From the IMG/VR virus record IMGVR_UViG_3300009528_000017, positions 1-47,968 of that record: a stretch of DNA of 47,968 bases, one strand, 5' to 3'. The notes beneath the pieces are model-generated. The model was not told where the DNA came from. It saw nothing but the letters and a program-made list of their open reading frames with translations, and searched no databases. The position numbers and the translations under genes are program-made. Positions 43,273 to 47,968 of this stretch are shown piece after piece. Position 1 is the first letter of the stretch, and the number at the start of each line of letters is the position of its first letter. The stretch comes from a virus. Its lineage: Duplodnaviria > Caudoviricetes.

Positions 43273-46200
43273 CATCGTTTGACGAATGGAGAAAACCTAA
43301 TACTCCATCTTTCGACCCTGAAGGAACTGGGTACGACTATGATACGGCTACTGCTGCTGGCGGAAAACCTGATGCAAGCGGTCATTGGGGCAGTTTAGAC
43401 CCTCGTACTGGTATGGTATTGAAAGGACGACAACACGATACTTGGCATCTTATGCTTGAGGAAGAAGAAAGACGTGGAAACACAATCGCAAAGAGAGGGA
43501 ATAGATATTATTCGGTTAAGCCGACTGCGCCATCTTTCGATAGTTGGCGCAAGCAGGTATCTCCTACTCGCCCTGCGAAACCAGTCGTTGGGTTACTTGA
43601 TGTTGATAAAGGTCCAACTGTTCGTCCTCGTACTACACCAGAGCAAATTAGTCAAGCGGCGGAGCGCATAGGTAAATTTGAGGCCGGTCATCGGCTTCCT
43701 GAACAAACAAGGGACGTAATGATGCGTCCACCAGAACGCCCTGGATTCTTGAAGCGTTTTGGCAAAGGTATCATGAGAAAAGGTATTGTAGAACCGCTAA
43801 AGGCAATTGAGACGAGAAGTCGAGCATTTGGTGGTGCCGGTGTAATTATCGAAATGGGCAAGGGTTTTGAGGAGTTCAGGAAAGTAACAGGCAGAAAACC
43901 AACTCCAGAAGAAGTCATTCAAATACAACACCTTGCGGTTGAGAACCTGAAGCGCATAACCGATGAAAAATATTCATTCTTTGACGTTCCACCGCCCGAA
44001 ACCGTAGGCGAAAAGGCCACTGAGGTTGCTACTGGACTTGGTGCTTTTGTAGGCAAGATAGCAATTGCTAAGAAGATTCTTGGTGGTCACGGTCTTGCTA
44101 CTAATGTTGCCGCGTGGGAAGCAGAGAATATCGTCTCTGGTGGGACACCTGGCACGGGGGCAGCTATACGTCTGACTCTTGGGGCAATAGGGAAGATACC
44201 AGGCACTTCGATTTACGCTAAGACAGGTCGTTTTCTTGGCCCTTCCGGCGCGTTAGCTGGTCTTGTTGCCGTTAGCGGTGGAACAAAAGAGGACATTGCC
44301 GTTGCCGCCCTTATTCCTTTGGCTCTGAGAGCAATTGATACCAGTGGTCGATACGCCCTCAGAGTTCGCGCTTCACACCAGATTAAGTCTATGAGAATGG
44401 ATGCAAAGACGCACGGTCTGGACTTGAAAAATGTCCCAGACCAGACGTTGCGAGTCATAATAGACAATGCCAAAACTGCCCGATGGTGGCAGCAACAACA
44501 CAAAAAAGGCAAAGTAACCACAGAGGTTCGGGATGCACGGGTTTCCGAGATAAAGGACAGACTCACGCCTATAATGTCTGCTATCGCCAAGCAGCAAGTA
44601 GTGAAAGCCCCGCCGACTAAAGAGCGGGCAATAATGAAGAAATACGGCGATGAAGCAGAGCGTCTAAAAGCACAGGGAGGTCCCACAGCCAAAGAGGACT
44701 TGTTGGCTATGAGAGCACGAGGAATGGCCGAGCTTGGTCAAGTCGCTGGCAAACCACCTCTGGTTACACCGCCACCTATTCCTACAGGTCTTGCCAGAGT
44801 AGCAGAGGGAATGGAATTATCGAAAGCCGACATTACGGCCTTAAAGACCCGTGGATTGAGGGATGAGGCGATTACGGCAATGACGCCAGAGCGGGCCAGA
44901 GAGGTGCTCAGGACGCTCGTAGAGGCCCCGCCAGTGGGCAAACCCGCCCCAAAGGGTAAGATTACCCCTAAAGTGGTAGAAAAAGAGGCCCCAGTAGAGG
45001 AAAAAGTCAAAGCATTTCACGGAACAAGGGCAGACATTGAGACTTTCAGGCCATTATCACACTTCGGGACAGAAAGGGCGGCGGAAAGAGCATTAGAATC
45101 TGTCAAGGGCAAGGGGGAACCTAAAGTTATTTCAGCAGAATTGACACTTAAAAATCCACTCGAAGTAACTGATGTTCCGCACGGCGAAGAAGTTGTTTGG
45201 TGGAGTAATGATGCTGTAGAAAAAGGAGCAATTACAGAACAGGAAGCTGCAACGATAGAGGACATTTTGAATGAAAGCGGAGTAGAAAAAGCCGAAACAG
45301 CATTTGTAAAATTGCTGAAATCCAAAGGCTATGATGGATTAAAATACATAAACAAGACAGAAGATGTTGGTTCTGTTTCCTACGTCATTTTTGACCCTAA
45401 ACAAGTAAAGGTAGCCCAGCCCCCAGTAGCCGAAGGGGCGAAAGAGGCAGTAATTCCCGCGCGACCAATGGTGAATCCTAAAGCGACTGCTTTAGAGCAA
45501 GACAAGCAACTGCGGAGACAACAGGTTTGGGATAGAAAGTATGGGAAGATTCAATACGGAACCGAAGCATTGCCAAAGCCATTAGCCGAAGGAGCAAAGA
45601 GACAAAGAGGGGAGATACTCCAAGCTCGTCTCAAGCGCGGGGAATCCGTACCAGGCAAATTGCTCACTGAATTTGAGTCCGAGAAATGGGCGCAAGAGGC
45701 GCTGGGGAAGAAAGTAGCTCCTAAAAAAGTTCTCCCATCAGTACACCGCCAAGTAAGCCAGTCTTTGGGTGCTGCCAAGATAGGATTTGAGACCTTCGAC
45801 CCCGCCGTACAAAGGGCGCAGAAGATGGCCGCCAAGGCGGGTAAGGATGTCTTTGTTGTTCAGAGTCCGATTACCAGTAAGTTCGCTACGCAACTCACAA
45901 AGCCGGCGAAGGGCAATTATACGATAGTCCGTCCTGACGGCACGGCTGAGTTCATAGAGCAAGCCAAGGTTCTTGTAACACAACGTAGGGGAGTATTAAA
46001 TGTAAAACCGCTTTTGCAAGCTCATAAAACATTTATGGCTATCATTGAGCCGAGCAAGGCAGTTGAAATGAAGGTCGGCAAAGAACCGTATGCTGCTGTC
46101 ATAAAAGGGATTCACCAAGTTGATGTCGGGCGGTTGGAGTTCAATCAGGCCAAACTAACTGGTCACGACAAGAATCTCCAAAAGTTAGGGGAGTGGTTTG

Positions 46201-47968
46201 ACAAATTCCCAGACAAAGACCTGAAGAACCTTATGCTCACGCGGGGCCAACCGATGAGCGTAAATGCACAGCTAATCCAAAGAGAGGCTCTTAAGGCACT
46301 TCCGAAAGAATTGAGGGGGCCGAAAGTCCGCAACGCTATACAACAGGCAGCGGATTTCAACTATCAGTATCTTCAAAAGGTAGTTGGTGATGACATTAAC
46401 AAAGTTGCAGACTATTTTTATGGAATCTACAAAGACCGAAAAATGGTCGGTAAGTTTCTCGACTATTGGCGGACAACGAAACGGTTCACTAAAGAGAAGA
46501 AATTACCTACTGTTGCCGATGCGGTCGATTACGGTTTGGAGTTGAGAAACTACAATCCTATCAATAACTTGCGGACAGAGTATATTGCCATAGCACACTT
46601 GGACGGTATGAACTGGCTCAAAAACGAGTTGATGCGTACAGGCAAGGGAAAGTTTATAGACGAAGTTCCGATTGCGCCAACTGACTGGGATATAATTCAA
46701 GACCCAGTATTCACGGGCTTGAGGATACAACCAGACTTGGCTAAGATGATAAATAATCTTATTGCAACGAACAAACTCACCCAAGTTCCATTACTCAATA
46801 CAATTAGGCAAACAAATAACTTCTTGCGAACCTTGAAATTTATGGGCAGTGCATTCCACTTACTCTCTGTGGCCAAGCAATCAGTTGCTGATAGTGGGTA
46901 CTTAGGATTTCTCTACAAGCCGACCGCCTTGCGTGGTGTTACTACTGGATTTCGCAAAGACGACCCGATTTTTAGGACGCCTTTTTACAAGCGATACATC
47001 GGCCTGGGTGGTGGTCATCATTACGCAGTAGAATCTGAGGCGCGCAAAGCATTTACCCAAGCTGTCAATGAACTAAACACGAATGCAGGCAGGATTGTGA
47101 AAGTTGGTGCATTGCCGTTACGAATCCCAGTTAGCTTCGTCAATTGGATGTTTAATAGTTATATTCCAAAAGTCAAATACTCAAAGACTCTTGACTGGTA
47201 CAATGCGCGGTCTAAGCAATTGGGTCGAGAGCTTAGTGATGCTGAGCTTATAGACATCATTAAAGAAGGACAGAACTTCTACGGCATGATGAATGAGCGT
47301 CTGTTTGGTAGGAGTGGCACGGTAACAACTGGGATGCGATTTTACTGGTTTTCTCCTGGGTATGCTGAAGGTAATTACCGTTCAATGCTAAAAGGCGCTG
47401 TGCAGTGGGGAGGCAAAGAAGGGTACAATGCGAATCGGTCTCGCTCAAATATCATCAACTCTTGGATTTTAACAGCGGCGGCGGCAACTGTTGGCACATT
47501 GATAATGACTGGCAAGCCTCCAAAGAAACCAGAGACTCTTGATGATATGAGAGACTTGTTCAAAATTGACACGGGCAAACTCGACAATAAAGACAAGCGC
47601 ATAATGATAGACCTTATGACCTACGATAAGGACTATTGGAATGTCGCGTTTAATACGCTGAGGCTAAGGCCTGATAAGGCGCTAAGCCAAAGCGTCAAGA
47701 GAATTGGTGGTATGAAAGCCCCTATGGCTGATATGTTCCACGATTTAGCCGCAATGTCTTTAGGCAAAGCCGTGTATGATTGGAAGGGTGATAGGGTGGT
47801 TGAGATTACAGACCCGTTCTTACAGAAGGCGCTAAAACTCAGCATTTATGAAATCAAGAAAATAGAGCCGATTTCAGTGAGCGTCTTTAAGCAATCCAGG
47901 CGTAGGGGTATTGATAAGATTATTGCTGCGGTTCAAACACTTGCTGGCTATCGGCCTACATATACTGA
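43248..47968 (+). CDS. very large ejection/polyvalent protein, 3'-truncated (>1570 aa), with ADP-ribosyltransferase-like domain (not in ORF track)
   Basis: ATG 43248 (MAKQVLPVTSFDEW...); the same frame reads AFHGT at 45012 and stays open to the window edge (...LAGYRPTYT). Confidence 0.85.
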   Translation, partial: MAKQVLPVTSFDEWRKPNTPSFDPEGTGYDYDTATAAGGKPDASGHWGSLDPRTGMVLKGRQHDTWHLMLEEEERRGNTIAKRGNRYYSVKPTAPSFDSWRKQVSPTRPAKPVVGLLDVDKGPTVRPRTTPEQISQAAERIGKFEAGHRLPEQTRDVMMRPPERPGFLKRFGKGIMRKGIVEPLKAIETRSRAFGGAGVIIEMGKGFEEFRKVTGRKPTPEEVIQIQHLAVENLKRITDEKYSFFDVPPPETVGEKATEVATGLGAFVGKIAIAKKILGGHGLATNVAAWEAENIVSGGTPGTGAAIRLTLGAIGKIPGTSIYAKTGRFLGPSGALAGLVAVSGGTKEDIAVAALIPLALRAIDTSGRYALRVRASHQIKSMRMDAKTHGLDLKNVPDQTLRVIIDNAKTARWWQQQHKKGKVTTEVRDARVSEIKDRLTPIMSAIAKQQVVKAPPTKERAIMKKYGDEAERLKAQGGPTAKEDLLAMRARGMAELGQVAGKPPLVTPPPIPTGLARVAEGMELSKADITALKTRGLRDEAITAMTPERAREVLRTLVEAPPVGKPAPKGKITPKVVEKEAPVEEKVKAFHGTRADIETFRPLSHFGTERAAERALESVKGKGEPKVISAELTLKNPLEVTDVPHGEEVVWWSNDAVEKGAITEQEAATIEDILNESGVEKAETAFVKLLKSKGYDGLKYINKTEDVGSVSYVIFDPKQVKVAQPPVAEGAKEAVIPARPMVNPKATALEQDKQLRRQQVWDRKYGKIQYGTEALPKPLAEGAKRQRGEILQARLKRGESVPGKLLTEFESEKWAQEALGKKVAPKKVLPSVHRQVSQSLGAAKIGFETFDPAVQRAQKMAAKAGKDVFVVQSPITSKFATQLTKPAKGNYTIVRPDGTAEFIEQAKVLVTQRRGVLNVKPLLQAHKTFMAIIEPSKAVEMKVGKEPYAAVIKGIHQVDVGRLEFNQAKLTGHDKNLQKLGEWFDKFPDKDLKNLMLTRGQPMSVNAQLIQREALKALPKELRGPKVRNAIQQAADFNYQYLQKVVGDDINKVADYFYGIYKDRKMVGKFLDYWRTTKRFTKEKKLPTVADAVDYGLELRNYNPINNLRTEYIAIAHLDGMNWLKNELMRTGKGKFIDEVPIAPTDWDIIQDPVFTGLRIQPDLAKMINNLIATNKLTQVPLLNTIRQTNNFLRTLKFMGSAFHLLSVAKQSVADSGYLGFLYKPTALRGVTTGFRKDDPIFRTPFYKRYIGLGGGHHYAVESEARKAFTQAVNELNTNAGRIVKVGALPLRIPVSFVNWMFNSYIPKVKYSKTLDWYNARSKQLGRELSDAELIDIIKEGQNFYGMMNERLFGRSGTVTTGMRFYWFSPGYAEGNYRSMLKGAVQWGGKEGYNANRSRSNIINSWILTAAAATVGTLIMTGKPPKKPETLDDMRDLFKIDTGKLDNKDKRIMIDLMTYDKDYWNVAFNTLRLRPDKALSQSVKRIGGMKAPMADMFHDLAAMSLGKAVYDWKGDRVVEITDPFLQKALKLSIYEIKKIEPISVSVFKQSRRRGIDKIIAAVQTLAGYRPTYT

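Noticed and set aside
47966-47968. Terminal TGA as stop codon of the giant ORF
   Set aside because: It is out of frame; the ORF runs off the window edge
1-47968. CRISPR array, rRNA, integrase or transposase
   Set aside because: No regularly spaced repeats or recognisable motifs seen

Overview
A 48 kb piece of a tailed dsDNA phage or prophage with podovirus-like (P22/N4-type) gene order, almost all on the + strand. The left ~8.5 kb holds small accessory ORFs, a short orphan C5 DNA methyltransferase, a small divergent operon, a tRNA-Pro(UGG) and a lipoprotein with unimolecular-spanin-like topology. The morphogenesis region follows: terS, an inserted LamG/fibre-like block, terL, portal, small ORFs, a tRNA-like RNA, scaffold, major capsid and a putative decoration protein. 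The most striking feature is a ~15 kb glycan biosynthesis island (21131-35859) between the capsid genes and the head-tail adaptor. It encodes several glycosyltransferases, sugar-nucleotide modifying enzymes, five methyltransferase domains, LicD and a 994-aa multi-enzyme fusion, with no visible membrane transport or polymerase genes, so it is a candidate virion-glycosylation system. An antisense HNH-like gene with its own consensus promoter sits between, and may have split, its last two genes. The window ends with adaptor, tail, GNAT and ejection genes and a >1570-aa ORF that is absent from the supplied track and carries an ADP-ribosyltransferase-like domain. All protein calls come from motifs read by eye; no searches were run.
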